Origin: Mustelus asterias
Taxonomy: Eukaryota
NCBI RefSeq assembly: GCF_964213995.1
Contig: NC_135829.1
Location: 17,670,001-17,734,000, forward strand
Reading direction: 5' to 3'
DNA: 64,000 nt
The translations under genes were made by a program, and so were the position numbers. Positions 27,401 through 39,400 of the stretch are shown here, in pieces; the stretch's first letter is position 1; every line of letters starts with the position of its first letter. The notes beneath the pieces were generated by a model. It worked only from the letters and a program-made list of their open reading frames with translations. It did not search any database and had not been told where the DNA came from.

Positions 27401-30400
27401 AATCCTATGTAATTTGTAGTTTATACAGATCAATGCGCAAATTGGGACTTTTACTCAAATAGGTGGTCTGTGAGAAATGCATGTCCAATTTCCATGCCCC
27501 CACCCCCTCCCCCCAAAGTTGTGGTTGTATGGAACATGGTTAAGAGAGTGCAGAGAAAGCTTTGTACTATGCCTAATCTTTACAGCCTGATCTTCAGTGC
27601 CCCAACCAATACAGGCTGGTCAAAGTGGAACAGTGTCCATTCATCAGCATGAGTTCCTTCACTACATTGACTATTGTCTAATCCTCCATTCCCCAACAAA
27701 AATCGTTGTTGCCAGTACTGGAAGGGATTCTGAAATCCTATTTACCCTTGAACTGATTCTTTGATCAGACAGTACACATGCTCTGTGGAGGCAGAGGTTG
27801 AGTGGGCGCCCTGTCCTTCTCCAGGCCCTAGCTGGCTCTTTGTCATTGGAACTGTGGTCACTGCGTACGCAACATGCTCATTTTCATCTGTCTGTTCCCT
27901 GCTGGGAAACACCGAGTATGGTAAACCTAGAAAGAAGGATTGGAACACAAGATCTGGTTTTAGTTTTAACTCTCCAGATGATAGGTTCGGTAGACCTGGG
28001 TAGTAATTCTGGTCACTTACATTCATCTTCCTGTGTCAGTTGCACATCACCGTCCCTACAGTTATAAAAAAAAGATCTATAAATATTTCAATAATTGGAC
28101 AAAACCATGCAGAAATGTCCAAATACTGAGTGAATCCTCTGCCTACCTCTGTCCTGGTGCTGAGGATCCTTCGCAAATGTAACAAGATTGGAAAGGCAAA
28201 GTTAAAAATCTTTGTAAGGAGTCTGTATTAAATACAATTTAAGACTTAGATTCAGCTTTTTAAAACTCTGACTTACCTTTGGCCATTTGTCGTTTTCTTC
28301 TGACTATGCAAATTACTCCAACAATGCAAATGAGCACAACCACGCACACTATGCCGATAATCACAGGTATAATTTTATGGTTTGAATCTGCAGAGAAGAA
28401 GCAACAGTAAATTCAGGATGTACAATCCTGTATGACGGATCATTCCAGTTAGAATCTAGAATAGTCAATGGTGAAGGAAGGAAATTGAACCAATTTACAA
28501 CGGGTACAAACTGTACAAACAGACCCAGAATCTCTCAGCTGGAACCCCTGACATTGAATGATTCATGTTGCAGATTGTCTTACTTTTTAGAGTATCAAGA
28601 AGCAGAGGTGATTTTAAGTGTTTGTACCGTTGGATATTAGAAATGAGTTATAGATTTACATGAGTTTAACTTAGTGTTCCTGTATAAGGAAAGGTAAACC
28701 TCCAGTTAGATTCATATTAAACAATGTTTGCTTGTATGGAGGGATTTTTTAGAATCATAGAATCCTACAGTGCAGAAGGAAGCCATTTGGCCCAGTGAGT
28801 CTGCACCAAACACAATCCCACCTTATTCCCATAACCCCACATATTTATCCTGCTAATTCCCCTAACACTAGAGTCTATTTATCATGGCCAATCAACCTAA
28901 CCCGCAAATCTTTGGATTGTGGGAGCACCCGGAGGAAACCCATCCAGACACTGGGAAAATGTGCAAACTCCACACAGACAGGAATTGAACACAGGTTCTT
29001 GGTGCTGTGAGGCAGCAGTGCTAACCACTGTGCCACCATTTCAGTTCAAACTGTGGTAACATTATGCTAAGAGAGTTTACAGCATGTAAAATAGATAAGA
29101 GCTTAGGGAAAGAATTAGATGTTGTTTAGCAACCAAGGTTTACTTATAGGGGAAGAGACCTTACTGTGTTCTTAGTTTAACTGAGCCAGAGTAGAAGGAG
29201 CTTAGCAGTGAGAGAGGGAACATCTCTCACTGCTTTGCCAGAAGAAAAGCCATATAATAGAGTAACGGGCAAGGAAGCAAGTGTCAGAAATCTAAAAACA
29301 GCCAGTTAAGGAGGATGAAGAGAAGTCTCCAGGAAGTCTGAAGTTAAAGGAACAGAGGAAACTGGAACAAGGTTACAGACAGAGTTGAGAAGCTGAAGCG
29401 TTTGCTGGTGAAAAACAGAGATATCTGAAATTATTTCAAAGTTTTTGAGATTTACTATAGCCTGGAAAGTGATAGTTGAAGCAATTGTGAAGTAATTAGT
29501 CACTGGATCTTTTAATGTTTGTGTGAAAGCTTGAAAGCATTCAAGACAAAGGAACATTGAAAGGAGAGCTATAAAACCTGGAAGTGGATCCTTGTTGGGG
29601 AAAAGTGAAAGAAATAATTGTTTGAAAGAAGATTCTAAAGTGTGTCTTTTTGAGAGTGGGGTTTGGAATCACTCATGTGGAAGTCAGAGTCCAGTAAGAT
29701 CAGTTGGCTCATGGTGTGAGAATCATCTGGGGAGATTTGAGAAGAAGTCCACAGAAGTTCACTTGGGTGGCGTCTGCCACTTGGTTTCAGAATGGAGTGT
29801 GTTTGACCACAGTTAGCCTGTGGTTTAAAGGGATTGTGTGTTTACTGAGACCATTATAGCATAAGATATATTTTGTAACCTCTGTCATCCTTAAAATCCA
29901 TGTATATTTGTGAAGATAAGTGGGAATGAAGGAGTATTGTATCATAGTCAAACTTTTCATGTTCAATAAATGTTTTTTTTGTTGTTAAAAGGTAATTGTT
30001 AGTCCTGTGACTCTCTTCATTCCCATTTTCTAAAAGATATGTAAAAGTTATGGTCTTTTAAGCCAAGGTTCCATTTGGAATCATCCGGTCCAGTAGTAAC
30101 ATACACAGAGATACACTCACTGTTAGTCACTGGAGATATTCCAGATGTTGAGGTGAGGGTGTCTGGGGATTCACTACTTGAGATTGGACTCCTTGTTACC
30201 TGGTCTGAGAAACATAATTTCCCAGTTAGAATCTGGAATGATAAATGACGAACGATGGAAATTGAGCCAGTTTACAACAGGTACAAAATCCCTCAGCTGG
30301 AATTATTGATATTAAATGATTTAAATCATATCGTGCATTGTCTGACTTACCTTCATTATTTGTAGGAGTTGCACTGCTGGTCACTGGAGATATTCCAGAT

Positions 30401-33400
30401 GTTGAGGTGTGAGTGTCTGGAGAGTCTGCACTTTTTGTCACACTGAGGGAGATGTTTGCTGTAATCTTCCAGACAGGTTTCCCTGAAGCCTGACCGTGTA
30501 CAACACAGAGATAGCTCCCAGTGTCCAACTCCTTCACTGAGTGAATAGTGAGGTTGTGAGTCTGGATTTTATTTGTTGGATTGTTTGAGCTTTGGTTGGA
30601 GATTCTTTGTGATGACTCTTTATCCACACAGCAGTGTGTGTTAGAATGTGGGCTATAACCCTCAATATGAACAGAGTGCAGACACTTGTTGATATTTCCA
30701 GATATGATCCAAAGCAGAGTGAAGGGCAGAGATTTTCTATTCTCAAACTGGCAGGGTAAAGTCACATTCTCTCCCTCTGCTACAGTCAGTGACGAGGAAG
30801 TTTCAACAGCAGAAAATACTTCATCCGAATCTAGAAACAATATTGAAAAGAATAATTTTACTCAAATAATCTCCAACGCGGTACTTTGTCAAAGGGTTTC
30901 CAAAAGTCCATGTTAACTACATTCACTGCATTTCTCCATCTACTTTGTCTGTTACCTCCTCAACAGTTTATCAAGAACATCGGGCAGAATTTTTCGTTCT
31001 TTTGTGGCCTGCCAGCTCCACTGCCGGCTTTTCCCACCATAATTTTTGATACTTGTTCAAAATAAATTCAGGAGGTGGGTCCCAAATGTCACGCTGGCGG
31101 GGCAGCCACTGATTGAACCTGTCCCTCCAGCAACCTCAGACTTCAAGAGACCCGGCATCTTTCAAACCAAACCAATAAAAAAAAGAGGGGATCCCACCGT
31201 CCCCCACCCCCCCCCCCCCCCCTCCACGGACATGGGGAGCCCGCTCCCTCCCATCGCCCTCCACTTCCACGCAGACGCCCCTTCCCAGCGATGCCCCCAT
31301 CACCAGGGAATACCATCTCCCACAGACCTCCCCATTGGAAGCCCACTCTCTCCGGCAATTCCCTCTGGCACTGCAGTGCCAAGGGGCAGTGTCAGGAGAT
31401 GCTGCCAGGACAGTTTCCAGGCATGACCCTCTACCCCCTTGGGGCTGTACTTCCTGTGCACCCAAGGTGGGTTCTCTTCGCTAGGTCCCTGTTTGTGCCA
31501 TGGTGGCACAGCGGTTAGAACTGCTGCCTCACAGCGCCAGGGACCCGGGTTCGATTCCCGGCTTGGGTCACTGTCTGTGCGGAGTCTGCACGTTCTCCCC
31601 GTGTCTGCGTGGGTTTCCTCTGGGTGCTCTGGTTTCCTCTCATAGTCTGTTTAGGTGCATTGGCCGTGCTAAATTCTCCGTCAGTGTACCCGAACAGGTG
31701 CCACACAGGGATTTTCGCAGGGGATTTTCACAGTAACTTCATTGCAGTATTAATGTAAGCCTACCTGTGACTGTAATAAATAAACTTTAAAACTTTAAAC
31801 TGTTTGTCAAAAGCTGTTATAAACCCCACTGAAGCGAGGGGGGAAATTGAAGGGTAAGGGGACAATAGAGTGGGAAGCCCGTTAATGAGATTAAAATGTG
31901 TGGCAATGGGATTCCCGACCTTTCATGGCAGGAACTAACATCACAGACGGGAAATCCCGACTGCGTAAAAGCCATTTGGGGACTCCCGTTGATTCTCCGG
32001 CCCCACCGCCATTCCCACTGACCAAAAACGGGGGAAAATCCTGGCCATCATCTTTGGAATCTGTCGGTTGCGTCTCAATTTTTACTCTTTATTTACATGC
32101 TTGATAATTTCATCTCCATAAAGAATCTATAATTGTCTCGAATGGCAGCTATTTGTCCTAATGCCTCCCCTAATATCTCAGCTTAAATCTTCCCAATGTC
32201 CCCCTGTGATAATTCCCCCGATATCTCCAGTTCACTCACCGTCCGGGTTTATCACAAAGAACAAGTTGTGGTTTTCACATCCCTCCCCTGTCAGGGTTTT
32301 CCAGTTTGGACATTTTGATGATTCTGTGGAATCCTGAACCGTGCAGGTAAATATCATCGAATCATCACATAGCATCACATCGAATGTCAGTGAATTCATT
32401 TCACTTTCATTTCTTTTGCTTGTTTGACACTGCAGCTTCTCTTTCTGTTTCTCATGATCGATATTTTCACAATCCTGCATTTTCTTCTCTTCTGTCTCAC
32501 ATTGTATTTTCTCAATTTCTATTTCAGCACTGAAATCCCGAATGCTGCACAATGTTCCGACATTCCCAGCACCAGTGGGTGTGTTGCATTGCAGAGTGGT
32601 GACATCTCCTGATCCTCGAAAATGGAGATAGGTGGATCCTGCAGGGATAAGGACAGAATTGGACGGAGATAAATAACATTCCATACAGGAAAGATAATTA
32701 AACATTAATGTTCATCAAAACCTCGCGCAGTAAATGAACAATTGTGATTTTTGTTAGTCCACACAATGAGCTGGTCCTGGACCAAATTGACATGGGGAAG
32801 GGTAAGGTATTGGAGGTGTTGGCAGCCTTAAAAGTGAATAAATCTCCAGATCCTGTTGAATTGTGCCGTAGGCTGCTGTAGGATGCAAGAGAGGAGATTG
32901 CAGGGGCTCTGACCCAAATTTTCAATTTCTCTCTGGCCACGGGGAGGTGCCAGATGACTGGAGAACAGCTAATGTGGTTCCCCTATTTAAGAAGGGTTGT
33001 CGAGATAAACCAGGGAACTACAGACCAGCGAGTCTCACAGCAGTGAATAGAAAACTATTGGAGGAACTTCTGAAGGAGAGCATCTATTTCCACTCAGGGA
33101 TAGTCAGCATGGCTTCGTCAGAGGGAGGCCTAACAAATTTGATTGAATTTTGACCATGTGTGTAGATAAGGGTAGCGCAATCGGTTAGGTTTATATGGAT
33201 TTCAGCAAAGCTTTGAAAAGGTCCCACATGGGAGACTTGTAAAGAAGGCAAATGCACATGGGATACAGGGTAATTTGATAAAGTGGATTCAAAATTGGTT
33301 TAGCAGTAGAAGTTAGAGAGTGATGGCAGAAGGTTGCTTCAGTGACTGGAAGCCAGTTTCCAGTGTCATACCGCAGGGATCTGTGCTGGGCCACCTATTA

Positions 33401-36400
33401 TTTGTAATTAATATAAATGACATAGATGACTATAGATGACTGTAGATTCACCAGGATGCTGTCTGGGATGGAACATTTAAGTTCTGAAGAGAGGTTGGGT
33501 GGGCTTGGGTTGTTTTCGCAGAGAAGACTGAGGGGTGTTCTGATCGAGGTGTACAAGATTATGAGGGACATGGACAGAGTGGATAAGGAGCAGATGTTGC
33601 CCTTAGTTGAACGGTCAGTCACGAGGGGACTTAGGTTCAAGATGAAGGGCAGGAGGTTTAGGGGGGATGTGAGGAAAAGCTTTTTTACCCAGAGGGTGGT
33701 GATGGTCTGGAATGCGCTGCCTGGTAGGGTGGTAGAGGCGAGTTGCCTCACGTCCTTTAAAAAGTATCTGGATGAGCACTTGGCACATCATAACATTCAG
33801 GGCTGTGGGCCAAGTGCTGGCAGAAGGGATTAGGTTGGAGGTCAGGTGTTTCTAATGTGTCAGTGCGGACTCGATGGGCTGAAGGGCCTCTTCTACGCTG
33901 TATGATACTATGATTCTATGATTGCTGCTCCATTCTTAAATCTTTGGAATGTATCAATATTTGCCAATTACTGGGACAGCTATAGACTGAATTTTTCTGA
34001 AAGGTAAACAATCATAAGGAAACCCCTCACAAAATTATTAAAAATCATCTCAAAATCTCATAAAATATTTATTTTTATTCATTTACTGGATGTGGGTGTC
34101 ACTGGCAAGGCCAGCATTTATTGCCCATCCCTAATTGCTCATGAGAAGGTGCTGGTGAGCTGCCTTCATAGAAATCATAGAAACCTTACAGTGCAGAAAG
34201 AGGCCATTTGGCCCATCGAGTCTGCAAAGAACAAAGAACAGTACAGCACAGGAAACAGGCCCTTCGGCCCTCCAAGCCTGTGCCGCTCATTGGTCCAACT
34301 AGACCATTCGTTTGTACCCCTCCATTCCCAGACTGCTCATGTGACTATTCAGGTAAGTCTTAAACGATGCCTCCACCACCCTACTTGGCAGCGCATTCCA
34401 GGCCCCCACCACTCTCTGTGTAAAAAACGTCCCTCTGATATCTGAGTTATACCTCGCCCCTCTCACCTTGAGCCCGTGACCCCTCGTGATCGTCACCTCC
34501 AACCTGGGAAAAAGCTTCCCACTGTTCACCCTATCTATCCCCTTCATAATCTTATACACCTCTATTAGGTCTCCCCTCATTCTCCGTCTTTCCAGTGAGA
34601 ACAAGCTCAGTTTACCCAATCTCTCCTCATAGCTAAGACCCTCCATACCAGGCAACATCCTGGTAAACCTTCTCTGCACTCTCTCTAAAGCCTCCACGTC
34701 CTTCTGGTAGTGCGGCGACCAGAACTGGACGCAGTACTCCAAATGTGGCCTAACCAGCATTCTATAAGCTGCAACATCAGACTCCAGCTTTTATACTCTA
34801 TACCCCGTCCTATAAAGGCAAGCATACCATATGCCTTCTTCACCACCTTCTCCACCTGTGCTGCCACCTTCAAGGATTTGTGGACTTGCACACCTAGGTC
34901 CCTCTGTGTTTCTATATTCTTGATGGCTCTGCCATTTATTGTATAACTCCCCCCCTACATTAGTTCTTCCAAAATGCATCACTTCGCATTTATCTGGATT
35001 AAATTCCATCTGCCATTTCTCCGCCCAATTTTCCAGCCTATCTGTATCCTGCTGTATTGTCCGACGATGTTCATCGCTATCCGCAAGTCCAGCCATCTTC
35101 GTGTCATCCGCAAACTTGCTGATTACACCAGTTACACCTTCTTCCAAATCATTTATATATATCACAACTAGCAGAGGTCCCAGTACAGAGCCCTGCGGAA
35201 CACCACTGGTCACGGACCTCCAGCCGGAAAAAGACTCTTCGACTGCTACCCTCTGTCTCCTGTGGCCAAGCCAGTTCTCTACCCATCTCGCCACCTCTCC
35301 TTGTATCCCATGAGCCTTAACCTTCTTAACAAACCTGCCATGAGGGACTTTGTCAAATGCCTTACTGAAATCCATACAGACGACATCCATGGCCCTTCCT
35401 TCGCCAACCGCTTTTGTCACTTCCTCAAAAAACTCCACCAAATTTGTAAGGCACGACCTCCCTCTTACAAAACCATGCTGTCTGTCACTAATGAGATTGT
35501 TCCGTTCTAAATGCGCATACATCCTGTCTCTAAGAATCCTCTCCAACAACACCGACCACAATCCCACCCAGGCCCTACGCCCATTTCCCTACATATTCAC
35601 CCGCTAATCCCTCTAACCTACGCATCTCAGGACACTAAGGGGCAATTTTAGCATGGCCAATCAACCTAACCCGCACATCTTTGGACTGTGGGAGGAAACC
35701 GGAGCACCCGGAGGAAATCCACGCAGACATGAGGAGAATGTGCAAACTCCACACAGACAGTGACCCAAGCCGGGAATCGAACCCAGGTCCCTGGAGCTGT
35801 GAAGAAGCAGTGCTAACCGCAGTGCTAACCACTGTGCTACTGTGCCTTCTTGAACCACTGCAATTCATGTGGTCACTTTGACCCAGTGACAGTGAAAGAA
35901 CAGTGATATATTTCAAAGTCAGGCTTGTGAGTGGCTTTGAGGGGAACTTGCAGGTGGTAGTGTTCCCATGTGTCTGCTGCCCTTGTCCTTTAAGATGGTC
36001 GTGGGCTTGGAAGATGCTGTCTAAGGAGCAATGGCGAATTCCTGAAGTGCATTTTGCAGATGGTACATATTGCTGCCACTGTGTGTCAGTGATGGAGGGA
36101 GTGAATGTTTATGGATGGGGTGCCAATCAAGTGGCTGTCCTAGCTGGTGTCAAACGTCTTGCTTGCTGTTGGAGCTGCACTCATCCAGGCAAGTGGAGAG
36201 TATTCCATCACACTCCTGACTTGTGTCTTGGAGAATGTAGACATGGGAATGAAAGGCTTTTTGAAAGTCTGTGGTACAGACAGCTGAGATCCTGAAAATC
36301 TTTTTGATTCCAACTCATTAATGAAACAAGTTGTAATAGATCAAGGGCAACTTGATGCAGCTTTAACAATCAAGCCTTTATTGCCAACGAAGCATTTATA

Positions 36401-39400
36401 TACATGTACAAGGTAAGACTAGACTACAAATGCAACTGCTTCTTTTGACTCCCTGGCTCCAACTGCAAGTCCCTCCTTGACCCGTGATCTGCGTCCTTCT
36501 GCCATTTGGTTCAGTTTCCAACCAGACAATCCGTACGCAGCAGAAAAAAATCCCAACTGAGCCACAGGAATCTCATGTGTCCTGAGTTTTCTGCCTGATG
36601 ATTATTTGAACAGCATGCTGGGGCTGACAAACAGGATATAACACTGCTCCTCTCATCTCTCACTCAAACCGCATGGACAAATGTGTCATTCATCTTCAGA
36701 GCTCATCTCACCCCTTATTCCTCCAGCAACCTCACTGTATCTGAAGACCTCACAATCTTCCCCTCCTCCAATTTCTCATTTCTTAATGGCTACCCAACTT
36801 GCTCACACTAACTGCTCTGCTGTCAAAACATTTTCCTTATTCTCCTTGTTTCATCTTTCCATTCAGTGACTCTTCAACTTGAATTACATCCACTTGCACC
36901 TTCAACTCTCTTGCTCTCTCTGCTCCAACTTTCTGACTTCCTGTCCTCACTATTCTTGCCCTTCACATGCTGCTCAGTATTTCAACCAATTATGCACCCA
37001 TCTCCCTCCCCCCTCCTTATTCAAATGTCCTCAGTATCATATCAGAGGAACAAGACCATCTTTGTCAAAAAATAATAACAATATTAGAGAGTCAAGAGAC
37101 AAAATGGAGAGAGGAACTTAAAACAATCACTATAGTAATAGTGTGGCCCCTTCGCGGGCCACGTGACCAAGCTGGAACCAATGGAGTGTGAGTGTGCACG
37201 TCTCAGGAGCGAGGACACGTGTCTCTAAGGCTGGAATTCAGCAGAACGAGTTGAGGAAGTTGTTGAGAGCAGACCTGTGGTGTTGTGTTGCAAGTCCTTT
37301 AGTTGTAAATGGTTTATTCTTGTTGATGGGCCGAGTGGCCTTCTTCTGTACTGTAGGGATTCTGTGATTCTACATCGAGTTATCACAACTATCAACATAG
37401 AAAATCTAGCTAAAGGCCAACAAGTCCCCTAAACATATGAACGCACAAATTAGGAGCAGAGGTAGGTCAATCAGTCCCTCGAGCCTGCTCCACAATTTAA
37501 TAGGACCTTAGCTTATCTGATTGTGGCCTTTACTTTCCTCCCTACCCCTTATACCAGTGGTTCCCAAACTTTTTTCACTGGGCCGCACTTTCGGAATAAA
37601 AATTTGCTCGTGCCACACCGAATTTTTTAGTGATAAGAAATAGATTCAAAAACAAAAAAAAACAACTCCTAGCAGTGCTTGATTCATAACATAGAACACA
37701 ACTACTTTATAATACGATCATGGGACATCCAGAAAGTATAAAACAATCACTTTGGAAAAATATCTAATCCATGTTTAAATGTTTCTTTGATTGTCCTTGA
37801 ATCTTCCCGCCAGACTTGCCATCCTCTCTCGCCGCACCAGTGTGGCGCACTGCACCCTTTGGGAACCACTGCCTTATACCCTTTGACTGCCTTGTCAGTC
37901 AAGAATATATCTGACTCAGCAATAAACATAACTTCACTGCTGTCTGGGAAGAAATTGATGTGGAGATGCCGGCGTTGGACTGGGGTAAACACAGTAAGAA
38001 GTTTAACAACACCAGGTTAAAGTCCAACAGGTTTATTTGGTAGCAAAAGCCACACAAGCTTTCGGAGCTCTAAGCCCCTTCTTCAGGTGAGTGGGAATTC
38101 TGTTCACCAACAGAGCTTATAAAGACACAGACTCAATTTACATGAATAATGGTTGGAATGCGAATACTTACAACTAATCAAGTCTTTAAGAAACAAAACA
38201 ATGTGAGTGGAGAGAGCATCAAGACAGGCTAAAAAGATGTGTATTGTCTCCAGACAAGACAGCCAGTGAAACTCTGCAGGTCCACGCAACTGTGGGAGTT
38301 ACAAATAGTGTGACATGAACCCAATATCCCGGTTGAGGCCGTCCTCGTGTGTGCGGAACTTGGCTATCAGTTTCTGCTCAGCGACTCTGCGCTGACTAAT
38401 GACTCACTGAGAGAAATATTTTCTCCTCATTGCTGTCTTCATAGAAGTATCATTGAATCTCTATAGTACAGAAGGAGGCCATTTGGTCCATCGAGTCTGC
38501 ACTGACTCTCTGACAGAGCACCTTACCCAGGTCCTATCCTGTAACTCCACGTATTTACCCCATTAATCTACTTAACCTACACATTCTGGGACACTAAGGG
38601 GCAATTTAGCTTGGCCAATCAACCTAATCTACACATCTTTGGACTGTGAGAGAAAACCAGAGCACCCAGAGGGAACCCACGCAGACATAGGGAGAATGTG
38701 CAAACTCCAACAAGCAATCACTCAAAGCTGGAATTCCCAGATCCCTGGCACTGTGAGGCAGCCATGCTAACCACTGTGCCACCAAGCCACCCACAATGCC
38801 TTGAATGGGAGATCCTTATTTTTAAACTGTGTCTCCTAGGTCCAGTCCCCCTGTTAAGAGGAAGCATCCTCTCAGCATCCAGAGAACGATCTGTGGAGTA
38901 TGGGCCAGAACACTTCCTCTATGTCAGTCTGCTGCCTCTGAACCCAATAGTCTGTATCCTAGGGTCTTAAGAGAAGTGGCTGCAGAGATAATGCATTGGT
39001 TATAACCTTCCAAAATTCCCAAGATTTTGGAAAGGTCCTAGCAGATTGAAAAAACACAAATATACAATCCCTACTAATGCCACAAAGGGAGTTAGAAAGA
39101 AGACACTATAGGCCAATTCGCTTAACATCTGTCATTCCTACGAAACTCATCTCCAAACTCTGTGGTCTGGGCCTTGGCTCCTCCCTCTGTGACTAGATCC
39201 TGAACTTCCTAACTCATAGATCACAATCAGTAAGGATAGGCAATAACACCTCCTCCACAATCATCCTCAACACCGGTGCCCCTCAAAGCTGTGTTCTCAG
39301 CCCCCTACTATACTCCTTATGCACCTATGACTGTGTGGCCAAATTCCCCTCCAACTCGATTTTCAAGTTTGCTGATGACACCACTGTAGTGGGTCGGATC

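Noticed and set aside
29052-30110. Possible solo LTR (TG...AATAAA...CA) in intron 4
   Set aside because: No convincing TSD and no second copy in the window.
30226-30840. D2 as a rearranging Ig/TCR/IgNAR V segment
   Set aside because: The exon includes its own G strand and stalk and ends in a splice donor; no heptamer-spacer-nonamer RSS seen.
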